In this document: in pieces, positions 15,441-30,550 of the stretch
Position numbering within the stretch: the stretch's first letter is position 1
How the letters are laid out: every line of letters starts with the position of its first letter
The notes under the pieces: generated by a model
What the model saw: the letters and a program-made list of their open reading frames with translations, nothing else
Databases searched by the model: none
What the model was told of the DNA's origin: nothing
Program-made: the position numbers and the translations under genes
NCBI RefSeq assembly: GCF_056712565.1
Contig: NZ_CM160072.1
Length of the DNA stretch: 64,000 nt
Strand: one strand, 5' to 3'

Positions 15441-16745
15441 ATGAAAACCCGTACACAACAAATTGAAGAATTACAGAAAGAGTGGACTCAACCGCGTTGG
15501 GAAGGCATTACTCGCCCGTACAGCGCGGAAGATGTGGTGAAATTACGCGGTTCAGTCAATCCGGAATGCACCCTGGCGCAACTGGGCGCGGCGAAAATGT
15601 GGCGTCTGCTGCACGGCGAGTCGAAAAAAGGCTACATCAACAGCCTCGGTGCACTGACTGGTGGTCAGGCGCTGCAACAGGCGAAAGCGGGTATTGAAGC
15701 AGTCTATCTGTCGGGATGGCAGGTAGCGGCGGACGCTAACCTGGCGGCCAGCATGTATCCGGATCAGTCGCTCTATCCGGCAAACTCGGTGCCAGCGGTG
15801 GTGGAGCGGATCAACAATACTTTCCGCCGTGCGGATCAGATCCAATGGTCCGCGGGCATTGAGCCGGGCGATCCGCGCTATGTCGATTACTTCCTGCCGA
15901 TCGTCGCCGATGCGGAGGCCGGTTTTGGCGGTGTACTGAATGCCTTTGAACTGATGAAAGCGATGATTGAAGCCGGTGCAGCGGCAGTTCACTTCGAAGA
16001 TCAGCTGGCATCAGTGAAGAAATGTGGTCACATGGGCGGCAAAGTTTTGGTGCCAACTCAGGAAGCTATTCAGAAACTGGTCGCGGCGCGTCTGGCAGCT
16101 GATGTGACGGGCGTTCCAACCCTGCTGGTTGCTCGTACCGATGCCGATGCGGCGGATCTGATTACCTCCGATTGCGACCCACATGACAGCGAATTTATTA
16201 CTGGCGAGCGTACCAGTGAAGGCTTCTTCCGTACTCATGCGGGTATTGAGCAAGCGATCAGCCGTGGCCTGGCGTATGCGCCATATGCTGACCTGGTATG
16301 GTGTGAAACCTCCACGCCGGACCTGGAACTGGCGCGTCGCTTTGCACAAGCCATCCACGCGAAATATCCGGGCAAACTGCTGGCTTATAACTGCTCGCCG
16401 TCGTTCAACTGGCAGAAAAACCTCGACGACAAAACTATTGCCAGCTTCCAGCAGCAGCTGTCGGATATGGGCTACAAGTTCCAGTTCATCACCCTGGCAG
16501 GTATCCACAGCATGTGGTTCAACATGTTTGACCTGGCAAACGCCTATGCCCAGGGCGAGGGTATGAAGCACTATGTTGAGAAAGTGCAGCAGCCGGAATT
16601 TGCCGCCGCGAAAGATGGCTATACCTTCGTATCTCACCAGCAGGAAGTGGGTACAGGTTACTTCGATAAAGTGACGACCATTATTCAGGGCGGCACGTCG
16701 TCGGTTACCGCACTGACTGGCTCCACTGAAGAATCGCAGTTCTAA
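15441..16745 (+). CDS. aceA: isocitrate lyase
   Basis: 434-aa product from [12 protein letters not shown]; contains ICL signature KKCGHMGGK. Confidence 0.94.
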   Translation: MKTRTQQIEELQKEWTQPRWEGITRPYSAEDVVKLRGSVNPECTLAQLGAAKMWRLLHGESKKGYINSLGALTGGQALQQAKAGIEAVYLSGWQVAADANLAASMYPDQSLYPANSVPAVVERINNTFRRADQIQWSAGIEPGDPRYVDYFLPIVADAEAGFGGVLNAFELMKAMIEAGAAAVHFEDQLASVKKCGHMGGKVLVPTQEAIQKLVAARLAADVTGVPTLLVARTDADAADLITSDCDPHDSEFITGERTSEGFFRTHAGIEQAISRGLAYAPYADLVWCETSTPDLELARRFAQAIHAKYPGKLLAYNCSPSFNWQKNLDDKTIASFQQQLSDMGYKFQFITLAGIHSMWFNMFDLANAYAQGEGMKHYVEKVQQPEFAAAKDGYTFVSHQQEVGTGYFDKVTTIIQGGTSSVTALTGSTEESQF

Positions 16746-16784
16746 CAACCAACGCCCCTTTCCGTAAGGCGAGGGGCGAATTAA

Positions 16785-18518
<1,734 letters not shown>

Positions 18519-18534
18519 ATCAGAGGCGAAAAAG

Positions 18535-19359
18535 TCAGCGTATTCCACCGTACGACAGCGTCACTTCCTTCGCCGCTTTAATCACCATCGCGCCAAACTC
18601 GGTCACGCGGTCATCGGTAATACGTGAAATCGGCCCGGAAATTGAAATTGCGGCAAACGGTTCGCGGTGCTCATCGAAAATACACGCTGCAAGGCAACGC
18701 AGCCCCAGCGCATGTTCCTCATCGTCAAATGAATAACCCCGTTTGCGCGTTTGGGCGAGATCTTCTTTTAAATGCACAGGAGACACCAGCGTCGCGTGGG
18801 TATAGGCATGTAACCCTTTGCGGTGCAGCAGCTTCGTCACCTGTTCTTCGCTCAGTTGGGCCAGAAAGGCTTTACCCGCACCGGAAGCGTGCATCGGCAA
18901 TTTACCGCCGATAGGCGCGGACATACGCATCAGGTGAGTACACTGTACCTGGTCGATAATAATCGCTTCGTGATTGCTTTGATCAAGCACCGCCATATTG
19001 ACCGTTTCGCCAGACTCTTCCATTAGATTGCGCAGGATAGGGTGAACAATCGCTAACAAATTACGGCTCTGGAGAAAGCTGCTACCGACCATAAAGGCGT
19101 GTGCGCCGATTGCCCAGTGACCCAGTTCGCCGACCTGACGGACAAAGCCCTGTTGCTGCATCGTGGTTAGCAGGCGGTGGGTCGTGGAATTGGGTAACCC
19201 GGCTTGCTGTGCCAGTTCCGTGAGTGCCACACTGCCATTGGATTCGGCAATCCACTCCAGTAATTTCAGGCCACGCGTTAAAGACTGAACCTGTCCAGTC
19301 GCTGGTGCGGTGGCAACGGCGGGTTTTCTGCCGCGTTTTGCGGGAATGGGTGCGACCAT
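18535..19359 (-). CDS. iclR: glyoxylate shunt transcriptional repressor IclR
   Basis: 274-aa product from MVAPIPAKRGRKPA within ORF 18535-19419; IclR-type HTH and effector domain. Confidence 0.9.
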   Translation of the reverse strand: MVAPIPAKRGRKPAVATAPATGQVQSLTRGLKLLEWIAESNGSVALTELAQQAGLPNSTTHRLLTTMQQQGFVRQVGELGHWAIGAHAFMVGSSFLQSRNLLAIVHPILRNLMEESGETVNMAVLDQSNHEAIIIDQVQCTHLMRMSAPIGGKLPMHASGAGKAFLAQLSEEQVTKLLHRKGLHAYTHATLVSPVHLKEDLAQTRKRGYSFDDEEHALGLRCLAACIFDEHREPFAAISISGPISRITDDRVTEFGAMVIKAAKEVTLSYGGIR

Positions 19360-19558
19360 GACAGTCTCCTTTTTCTGTATCGTGGAAATCATTTTCATTT
19401 TTATTATCAGCGAATGCAATAGTTGCTGAACAGATCCGATGAGTTAATGTTGAACAAATCTCATGTTGCGTGGTGGTCGCTTTTACCACAGATGCGTTTA
19501 TGCCAGTATGGTTTGTTGAATTTTTATTAAATCTGGGTTAAGCGTGTCGGGAGCAAGT

Positions 19559-23242
<3,684 letters not shown>

Positions 23243-23251
23243 GTGATAACA

Positions 23252-23276
23252 CCGGGGTATTTGCCCCGGTTTTTAA
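23252..23276 (+). terminator. rho-independent terminator after metH
   Basis: Hairpin CCGGGGTATTTGCCCCGG followed by TTTTTAA directly after metH stop. Confidence 0.8.
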
Positions 23277-23295
23277 TGTCATAAATAATGGATTA

Positions 23296-23622
23296 TTGAA
23301 CATGATAAAAATTGATGAAATAGATTTTTTCGCTTTCGAAGGATGTTCAGAGTCCGAAGTTACTGAACTATTAGGAAAAAAACCAACAGGTTATAATGAT
23401 TGGATGATTAATATAAAAACAGGTGTGGAGTGGGTATTTTATGATGGTCGTTATTGGTTAGATTTTCGTAAATCCAAAGAGGGTATAAGGTGTATCTCAT
23501 GCAGTATTCTGTATCACGATAAAAGTAAAGGGCGTATCGATGTCTTATTTAGTGAAGGTATAGCTGACAGAGGTTTAAAAAATACGGGTGGAGTGTTAAT
23601 CCAAAAACGCCCGCAATTATAA
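23296..23622 (+). CDS. hypothetical protein (AT-rich accessory ORF 1, no recognised family)
   Basis: 108-aa ORF in markedly AT-rich DNA; no TM segment or signal peptide; weak RBS so start (23296 or 23302) is uncertain; not recognised by me. Confidence 0.45.
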   Translation: MNMIKIDEIDFFAFEGCSESEVTELLGKKPTGYNDWMINIKTGVEWVFYDGRYWLDFRKSKEGIRCISCSILYHDKSKGRIDVLFSEGIADRGLKNTGGVLIQKRPQL

Positions 23623-23664
23623 TAATTCCTGGTAATATTTGTTTTCGTAAAAAGGATTTACTTT

Positions 23665-24114
23665 ATGCAACGTCAATATAAAAAATACATTCTTCTTTTT
23701 TGGGGTGTCATGGATGTTATCGCGATAGCCACATATCTGTTCTACTCGCTTGGTAATGGTCGTATCCCTTTTTATTCCGATATCGTTCATTCACTTTCTT
23801 TACTTAAGGATATCGGTGTTGAAGGCGGTTTTTACGCTTATGCAGTCGCCACTGTTACGCTACAAATAGTATTATTGCTCTCTTTATTCTTTTCTGCGCA
23901 ATGTTTTTTAAGACAAAAATTATTTAGTTTCTCTTTTTTGGCGATTCAGGAGTTTATGCGTTTTGCTACCGTAAGCTGTTCAATCTCCGTAATACCGTTG
24001 TTACTTAATTATTTTTATTCACAGGATCTGGTCTTAAATATTTCGTTGTTTATCTTCTCAGAGGTCACAAAAGTGACAACGATTATCTGGTGTAAACGAC
24101 AGGGGAAAGTGTGA
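23665..24114 (+). CDS. hypothetical small integral membrane protein (predicted 4 TM helices), AT-rich accessory ORF 2
   Basis: 149-aa ORF with four hydrophobic stretches; plausible SD AAGGA about 8 nt upstream of ATG; AT-rich codon usage. Confidence 0.55.
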   Translation: MQRQYKKYILLFWGVMDVIAIATYLFYSLGNGRIPFYSDIVHSLSLLKDIGVEGGFYAYAVATVTLQIVLLLSLFFSAQCFLRQKLFSFSFLAIQEFMRFATVSCSISVIPLLLNYFYSQDLVLNISLFIFSEVTKVTTIIWCKRQGKV

Positions 24115-24284
24115 CAGAAATAGCAACAGATACAGGTGGATTTTTATATAAATGCCTTTTTAAATGCTTTCTTGTATAAATCTCTTATACTGAAAGTACA
24201 TACAAGAGAAATGCCTGGATAAAAACAACGTGATTAGAAAAATCTTAACAGGAAAATGCATAACAAAAAGGAGAACCTGATTCC

Positions 24285-25916
24285 GTGCTAACTTTGCTTC
24301 ACCTGCTTTCTGCCGTCGCCCTGCTGGTCTGGGGGACTCATATTGTTCGAACAGGCGTAATGCGCGTCTTCGGCGCGCGTCTGCGTACTGTCCTTAGCCG
24401 GAGCGTCGAAAAAAAGCCGCTCGCCTTTTGCGCGGGGATCGGCGTTACCGCACTGGTGCAGAGCAGTAATGCCACCACCATGCTGGTGACCTCGTTCGTC
24501 GCTCAGGATCTGGTTGCTCTCGCGCCTGCGCTGGTGATTGTGCTGGGTGCAGATGTCGGGACGGCGCTGATGGCGCGTATTCTCACCTTCGATTTATCCT
24601 GGCTGTCACCGTTACTTATTTTTATCGGCGTGATTTTTTTCCTCGGACGCAAACAGTCACGCGCCGGGCAACTGGGCCGCGTCGGTATTGGTCTTGGGCT
24701 GATTTTACTGGCGCTGGAGTTGATTGTGCAGGCCGTAACGCCGATCACTCAGGCAAACGGCGTTCAGGTGATCTTTGCCTCGCTGACTGGCGACATTTTG
24801 CTGGATGCGCTGATTGGTGCGATGTTCGCCATTATCAGCTACTCCAGCCTTGCCGCGGTACTGCTGACCGCGACTCTGACCGCCGCAGGCATTATCTCTT
24901 TCCCAGTGGCGCTTTGTCTGGTGATTGGTGCAAACCTCGGTTCCGGCCTGCTGGCGATGCTCAACAACAGTGCCGCCAATGCCGCAGCCCGCCGTGTCGC
25001 GCTGGGTAGCCTGCTGTTTAAGCTGGTGGGTAGCCTGATTATCCTGCCGTTTGTTCATTTGCTGGCAGAGACAATGGGGAAGTTGCCATTGCCAAAAGCG
25101 GAATTGGTGATCTATTTCCACGTCTTCTACAACCTTGTACGCTGCCTGGTCATGTTGCCATTCGTTGACCCGATGGCACGGTTTTGCAAAACGATTATTC
25201 GCGATGAACCGGAACTGGATACCCAGCTACGGCCTAAACATCTGGATGTCAGCGCGCTGGATACGCCCACGCTTGCTCTGGCGAACGCTGCCCGCGAAAC
25301 CCTGCGCATTGGCGACGCCATGGAACAGATGATGGAAGGGCTGAATAAAGTGATGCACGGCGAGCCACGGCAGGAGAAAGAGCTGCGTAAGCTGGCTGAT
25401 GACATCAACGTTCTCTATACCGCCATTAAGCTGTATCTGGCGCGGATGCCAAAAGAGGAACTGGCAGAAGAAGAGTCGCGCCGCTGGGCGGAGATCATCG
25501 AAATGTCGCTCAACCTTGAACAGGCCTCCGATATCGTCGAGCGCATGGGGAGTGAAATTGCCGACAAATCGCTGGCTGCAAGGCGAGCATTTTCGCTTGA
25601 TGGCTTGAAGGAACTGGATGCGCTCTATGAGCAATTGCTCAGTAATTTAAAACTGGCAATGTCGGTTTTCTTCTCTGGCGATGTTACCAGCGCCCGTCGT
25701 TTGCGCCGCAGCAAACATCGTTTTCGCATTCTTAATCGCCGCTATTCCCACGCCCACGTCGATCGCCTGCATCAGCAAAACGTGCAGAGTATTGAAACCA
25801 GTTCGCTACATTTAGGCTTACTGGGAGATATGCAGCGTCTGAACTCGCTGTTTTGTTCGGTGGCTTACAGTGTGCTGGAACAGCCGGATGAAGATGAAGG
25901 ACGGGACGAGTATTAA
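24285..25916 (+). CDS. yjbB: Na+/phosphate cotransporter family (PNaS) protein YjbB
   Basis: 543-aa ORF with GTG start, multiple TM helices and C-terminal PhoU-like region; K-12 synteny. Confidence 0.85.
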   Translation: MLTLLHLLSAVALLVWGTHIVRTGVMRVFGARLRTVLSRSVEKKPLAFCAGIGVTALVQSSNATTMLVTSFVAQDLVALAPALVIVLGADVGTALMARILTFDLSWLSPLLIFIGVIFFLGRKQSRAGQLGRVGIGLGLILLALELIVQAVTPITQANGVQVIFASLTGDILLDALIGAMFAIISYSSLAAVLLTATLTAAGIISFPVALCLVIGANLGSGLLAMLNNSAANAAARRVALGSLLFKLVGSLIILPFVHLLAETMGKLPLPKAELVIYFHVFYNLVRCLVMLPFVDPMARFCKTIIRDEPELDTQLRPKHLDVSALDTPTLALANAARETLRIGDAMEQMMEGLNKVMHGEPRQEKELRKLADDINVLYTAIKLYLARMPKEELAEEESRRWAEIIEMSLNLEQASDIVERMGSEIADKSLAARRAFSLDGLKELDALYEQLLSNLKLAMSVFFSGDVTSARRLRRSKHRFRILNRRYSHAHVDRLHQQNVQSIETSSLHLGLLGDMQRLNSLFCSVAYSVLEQPDEDEGRDEY

Positions 25917-25924
25917 TACCGTGA

Positions 25925-26000
25925 CCCTGAAGGCCTGATAAGACGCGTAAAGCGTCGCATCAGGCACTATGAACAAGATGCCGGATCATGCATCCGGCAA
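25925..26000. repeat. REP (repetitive extragenic palindromic) element(s)
   Basis: GCCTGATAAGACGCG...CGCATCAGGC and GCCGGATCATGCATCCGGCA palindromes between yjbB and pepE. Confidence 0.75.
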
Positions 26001-26005
26001 TTCAC

Positions 26006-26695
26006 TTAAAAACGGTGACCCGCTTCCAGCGGCACCGCTTCTTCACCAGCCTTAAACACATAAGTGGTGTTCGGGCCACCCAGCGTAGCGTGACCTTTAC
26101 TTACTGTGATCCAGTTACCTTCCGGCAGACCAATAATCGTCAGTTCTGGCGCGACGACCAGCAGTTCGCGAATACGCTGCTCACGGGTTTCACCTTTATG
26201 GCCTTCCGGCAGCGCGTTGGTGAAGTGCGGGTTGATTTGTAGCGGGAACAGATTTAGCGCATCGAAACCTTGCGGATCGACAATCGGCATATCGTTGGTG
26301 GTACGAATGGTTGGGCAAGCAAGGTTAGCGCCTGCGCTCCAGCCAATATACAGCGCGCCACGTTTCACCACGTCAGTAATGGGTGCCAGCAGCCCGCGCT
26401 CGCGGCACTGTTTCAGCAACTGGAAAGTATTACCGCCGCCGACAATCACAATTTCCGCATTTTCAATCGCGGCAACGGGATCGACAACGCTATGAATACC
26501 GGTGACAGAAACACCCAGCGGAGCGAGAACCGCAGCCGTTTTCGCTGTGTAATCATCCCAGGTCTGCGTTACGCCAGCGAAAGGAATAAATACCGCAGAA
26601 CGGCGCCCCTGCAACTGTTCAGCAATCAGCGGCAGCGCGTGTTCCAGCCAGGCTTTACCCGGCAGCGTCGAGTTACTCAATAAAAGCAGTTCCAT
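26006..26695 (-). CDS. pepE: dipeptidase E (alpha-aspartyl dipeptidase)
   Basis: 229-aa ORF starting [19 protein letters not shown]; K-12 synteny. Confidence 0.92.
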
Positions 26696-26817
26696 TACTT
26701 CTCCGGTTAGTAAGAAAACACGGAAGGAATGCTACCACTGCGAATTTAACCACTTACTGACATGGCTCACGATGTCACATATTGCACAGGCGCTGAGACT
26801 GATGACAAACACAGGAT

Positions 26818-26920
26818 TGCCTGATGCGCTACGCTTACCTGGCCTACCAGATAACTGCAATATATTGAATTTTCGAGATTATGTAGGCCGAATAAGGCTT
26901 CATTCCGCATCCGGCATAAA
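26818..26920. repeat. REP/BIME-like palindromic elements
   Basis: CTGATGCGCTACGCTTACCTGGCCTAC and GTAGGCCGAATAAGGC...CGCATCCGGCA units. Confidence 0.7.
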
Positions 26921-27076
26921 CAATGTGCACTTTGCCACCAATTTGAGCGCCCCTTAAGGCGCTGATGTTTTTTTATCCTTCTCGTGTACATTGTGCCACT
27001 TCTGCAATCAGCCGCACATCAGGTCGCGAAGTTGCCGCGGCGACCAGCCAGCGACATGCAGAGTTAAGTAGCGCGA

Positions 27077-28306
27077 TTAATCATGGGAAATTGCCTCTGC
27101 ATGGGCGAGCAGGTATTGCTCCGCCTCACCGGACCAGATCCCCTGATGACGCGCCAGAATTGCCGCCAGTGCTTGATCCTGAATCTGCGTGAGTGACGTC
27201 AGCGGCAGGTATTTCCCGGTATACACCAGCTTTTTGCCGCCGCCGACGGCAGGCAATTCAAGCGTGGTTTCGCCCGCGGCATTCAGCCCAAGAATATGTG
27301 TTACCACTTTTGCGGCCTGCACTTTTTTCTCTTCAATCAATTTGACCGCTGCGCGCATGTCGTCGGTATTGCCGCCTGATGTGCCCACGTAGTGGGTAAA
27401 TGCATAATGCACATCGTAGAAATTAATTGGCGCGCTGAAGTGCTTATCCTGCGGTCCGGCGAAGAAATTCAGACAACCATCTGTCGCCAGCAAGGAAGAG
27501 GCGAGAGTCACCAGTCCTTCATTAGGCACAAAGACGAAAATATCATCGAAGCCGTGACCGCCACTCAGTGCCATTAACGTATCAAATGCTGCATCGGCGG
27601 CATTGAGATAATGAATCAGTGTTTGCGGTTCTGATGGATAGTGCTTGCGTGCATAACTCAATTTGTCGTTGTCGGTATCGGTAATGACGAGCAGCGAAGG
27701 GTTAACGGGTCCATGTAGCGCATAATCAATCGCCAACAGTCCCATTGGTCCGGTGCCGCCGAGGATCAGCGTGCGCCCTTGCGGGCGAATCCCCATCGTG
27801 TGGTTATAACTACCTTCCTGAAGATGATAGTTGGCGTTGAACGCGCCAATCACGCAGGAAAGCGGTTCAACCAGCGAGCCTTCAAAATAGGTTTCGCCGT
27901 CGTATGCCAGCAGGCAATCTTGTTCCATGACCTCGTTGGGAATAACCACATGCGTCGCTTCGCCGCCTACCCACGGGAAGGAGTAGCCGGGGCAATCCGG
28001 GCGGTCGGGGAGTTGCAGGTTGGCCTGAATCACATAACGCTGACCCGGCTGGAATTTGTGCTGCCACTTTTTACCCACGGCCAGAATATCGCCGCAAAAT
28101 TCGTGGCCGATGATGATGGGATTGGTCGCCACATCGTCGGGTACTTTTTTATGGTTTTCACCCAGATTGGCCTCTTTCCAGGAAGAGAGGCACAGGCTGT
28201 CAGTGACCACCGTCGCGAGGATTTCATCCTCCTGCATTTCAGGAAGGTCAAAGGTTTCCAGACGCAGGTCACGTTTGCCATAAAGACGCAGAGCTGTTGT
28301 TTTCAT
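27077..28306 (-). CDS. sorE: L-sorbose-1-phosphate reductase (Zn-dependent dehydrogenase family)
   Basis: About 409-aa product (MKTTALRLYG...) of ORF 27077-28318; last gene of a sorCDFBAME-ordered cluster. Confidence 0.8.
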   Translation of the reverse strand: MKTTALRLYGKRDLRLETFDLPEMQEDEILATVVTDSLCLSSWKEANLGENHKKVPDDVATNPIIIGHEFCGDILAVGKKWQHKFQPGQRYVIQANLQLPDRPDCPGYSFPWVGGEATHVVIPNEVMEQDCLLAYDGETYFEGSLVEPLSCVIGAFNANYHLQEGSYNHTMGIRPQGRTLILGGTGPMGLLAIDYALHGPVNPSLLVITDTDNDKLSYARKHYPSEPQTLIHYLNAADAAFDTLMALSGGHGFDDIFVFVPNEGLVTLASSLLATDGCLNFFAGPQDKHFSAPINFYDVHYAFTHYVGTSGGNTDDMRAAVKLIEEKKVQAAKVVTHILGLNAAGETTLELPAVGGGKKLVYTGKYLPLTSLTQIQDQALAAILARHQGIWSGEAEQYLLAHAEAISHD

Positions 28307-28357
28307 AAACCACCTCATGTTGAGCGATGACCCCGGCAGTCGTGCCGGGGCGAAGAA

Positions 28358-29182
28358 TCAGGACAGGAAGCCCAGCGCATTACCGATAATCCCTAAACCA
28401 AACAGGGCGAAAATCAGCCATACCGGGTTAATTTTTTTGTTGAGCAGACGAACCATCAGCAGCGTCAGACCGAGCGCCAGCAAACCAGGGCAAAGTTGGT
28501 CGAGGATGTTCTGCACGGTTATGGTGACGGTGGCACCATCGGCGGCAGGCGTTTGTGAAACCACCAACGGTACGTTGATTGACGTCCATTTGGTCACCAG
28601 CACGCCCATCACAAACAGCCCGAGAATCGACGCGCCTTCGGTGAGTTTTTGCAGCAAATTACCGCCCATATCGCTGACGATATTCACCCCTTTGCGAAAG
28701 CCGAGCTGTAGGCCATACCACTTCATCGCCAGACGCACCGCGTTGAAAATAAAGAAGAACAGTAGGGGGCCGAGAATGTTGCCCGAAAGTGCCAGAGATG
28801 CGCCGAGCGCGGCGGTAATCGGGCGCAGCGTTCCCCAGACCAGTGGATCTCCAACTCCTGCCAATGGTCCCATCAGACCGACTTTGATGCCGTTAATGGT
28901 ACCGTCATCAATTTCCGCGCCGTTGGCTCGCGCCTCTTCCATGGCGGCAGTGACGCCGATGACCGGGCCACATACGGCTGGCGTGGTATTGAAGAACACC
29001 AGGTGTCGCCTGAGCGCCGCAACCTGATCCTCTTTTAATGGGTAAAGTCGTTTGATGGCGGGGATCATGTCGTAGCAAAAACCCAGCCCGTGAATACGTT
29101 CAAAGTTAAAGGATGCCTGTTGCAGGTTGGAGCGCAGAAACATGCTCACCAGATCGCTGCGTGTAATTTTTCTCTGTTCCAT
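28358..29182 (-). CDS. sorM: PTS sorbose-specific EIID component
   Basis: Mannose/sorbose-family IID protein; start at MEQRKITRSDL (alternative upstream ATG at 29212 overlaps sorA). Confidence 0.8.
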   Translation of the reverse strand: MEQRKITRSDLVSMFLRSNLQQASFNFERIHGLGFCYDMIPAIKRLYPLKEDQVAALRRHLVFFNTTPAVCGPVIGVTAAMEEARANGAEIDDGTINGIKVGLMGPLAGVGDPLVWGTLRPITAALGASLALSGNILGPLLFFFIFNAVRLAMKWYGLQLGFRKGVNIVSDMGGNLLQKLTEGASILGLFVMGVLVTKWTSINVPLVVSQTPAADGATVTITVQNILDQLCPGLLALGLTLLMVRLLNKKINPVWLIFALFGLGIIGNALGFLS

Positions 29183-29192
29183 GATGGCTCCG

Positions 29193-29990
29193 TTAATCAT
29201 CAAGTTGGTCAAGGGCGGTGATAGTGGTGGTCTGGGGATGTGGTTCAGCTTTACGCCACTGTGGATTTAACTGGATGTAGAGCAGGGCCATGATCACGCC
29301 GACGCCACCGAACGCCAGCAGACTGAGATCGAGGTAGCCACCTGCGAGGAAACCGAGGAAAAAGAAAGGCATCAAATATTTCACGCCCATCATGCGAAGC
29401 ACCATGGCGTAACCGACCACCACGATAAAACCGCCAGCAATCTGCAGTCCACGGGTCACAAATTCGGGAATGGCGCTCAGCATATTGCTCACCATATCAG
29501 CGCTGACGAACAGCGAGACAATCAGTGCCGGAATAGCAACGCGCAGTGCCTGCACGCCAAGCGCGGAGACATGCAGAATATCGAGAGTGCGAAACCGTGC
29601 TTCTTCCGCTGCTTTATCCGCCGCGTGCTGGAACACTACGGTGATGGTACGGGCAAACACCGTCAGCACCTGGCCTGCCGCAGCCACAGGCAACGCGATG
29701 GCGATTCCGGTGGCGATGCTTTGCTGACCAACGATAACCAGAATGGCGGAGATTATGCTGGCGAGTGCAGAATCCGGAGATTGCGCCGCGCCGACGTTCA
29801 TCCAGCCGAGAGCTATCAATTCCAGCGTACCACCGAGCATAATTCCGGTTTTTAAATCACCGAGAATTAAACCAATCACCGTACAGGCAATTAACGGACG
29901 ATGAGTCTGAAATTCATCCAGCACGCTGCCCATTCCGGCAATACAGGAAAAAAGAAATATAGCAATGATTTGTAGGGTACTTATTTCCAT
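29193..29990 (-). CDS. sorA: PTS sorbose-specific EIIC component
   Basis: 265-aa polytopic membrane protein of mannose/sorbose IIC type. Confidence 0.82.
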   Translation of the reverse strand: MEISTLQIIAIFLFSCIAGMGSVLDEFQTHRPLIACTVIGLILGDLKTGIMLGGTLELIALGWMNVGAAQSPDSALASIISAILVIVGQQSIATGIAIALPVAAAGQVLTVFARTITVVFQHAADKAAEEARFRTLDILHVSALGVQALRVAIPALIVSLFVSADMVSNMLSAIPEFVTRGLQIAGGFIVVVGYAMVLRMMGVKYLMPFFFLGFLAGGYLDLSLLAFGGVGVIMALLYIQLNPQWRKAEPHPQTTTITALDQLDD

Positions 29991-30055
29991 GATTTGTCAC
30001 CTTTTAAGTGTCGTCATCCCTGCCTGTTAAAGCATATGTACACAGGCGCTATTAT

Positions 30056-30550
30056 TTAATTTGCGATTAACTGTTCGTTTATTTTGTCGATAATATTGAT
30101 TGAGGGATCTGACGCTACGACGCGTAAATCCAGTATGACGCCAAGATTATTTAACTCATGAAATGCGTTAATATCATCGTCATCTAATGAAACTGCTTTG
30201 GTTAACTGTTTCTTACCAGGACGCCAGGCCATACCGCCAATATTCAGGGTACCTATTTTTACCCCCTGGCGAACCATTGCTAAGGCATCCTGTGGGCGAG
30301 TGAAAAGATAAAAAACGGTTTCGTCCTGATATTGCGGGTTGTGATAAACCGCGACGGCTTTTTCAATATTGACCACGTTAACCTTCATTCCCGGTGGCGC
30401 AGCCTGACGCAATAATGTCCGGCGAACTTCATCGTTATAAACTTCGTCATTGCAGATAATAATGCGTTGGGCGTTAGCCACTTTAGACCAGACGGTAGTG
30501 ACCTGGCCGTGGATCAGGCGGTCATCAATGCGGGCGAGCGTAATGTTCAT
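30056..30550 (-). CDS. sorB: PTS sorbose-specific EIIB component
   Basis: 164-aa ORF with mannose-family IIB N-terminus MNITLARIDDRLIHGQV (phospho-His). Confidence 0.85.
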   Translation of the reverse strand: MNITLARIDDRLIHGQVTTVWSKVANAQRIIICNDEVYNDEVRRTLLRQAAPPGMKVNVVNIEKAVAVYHNPQYQDETVFYLFTRPQDALAMVRQGVKIGTLNIGGMAWRPGKKQLTKAVSLDDDDINAFHELNNLGVILDLRVVASDPSINIIDKINEQLIAN

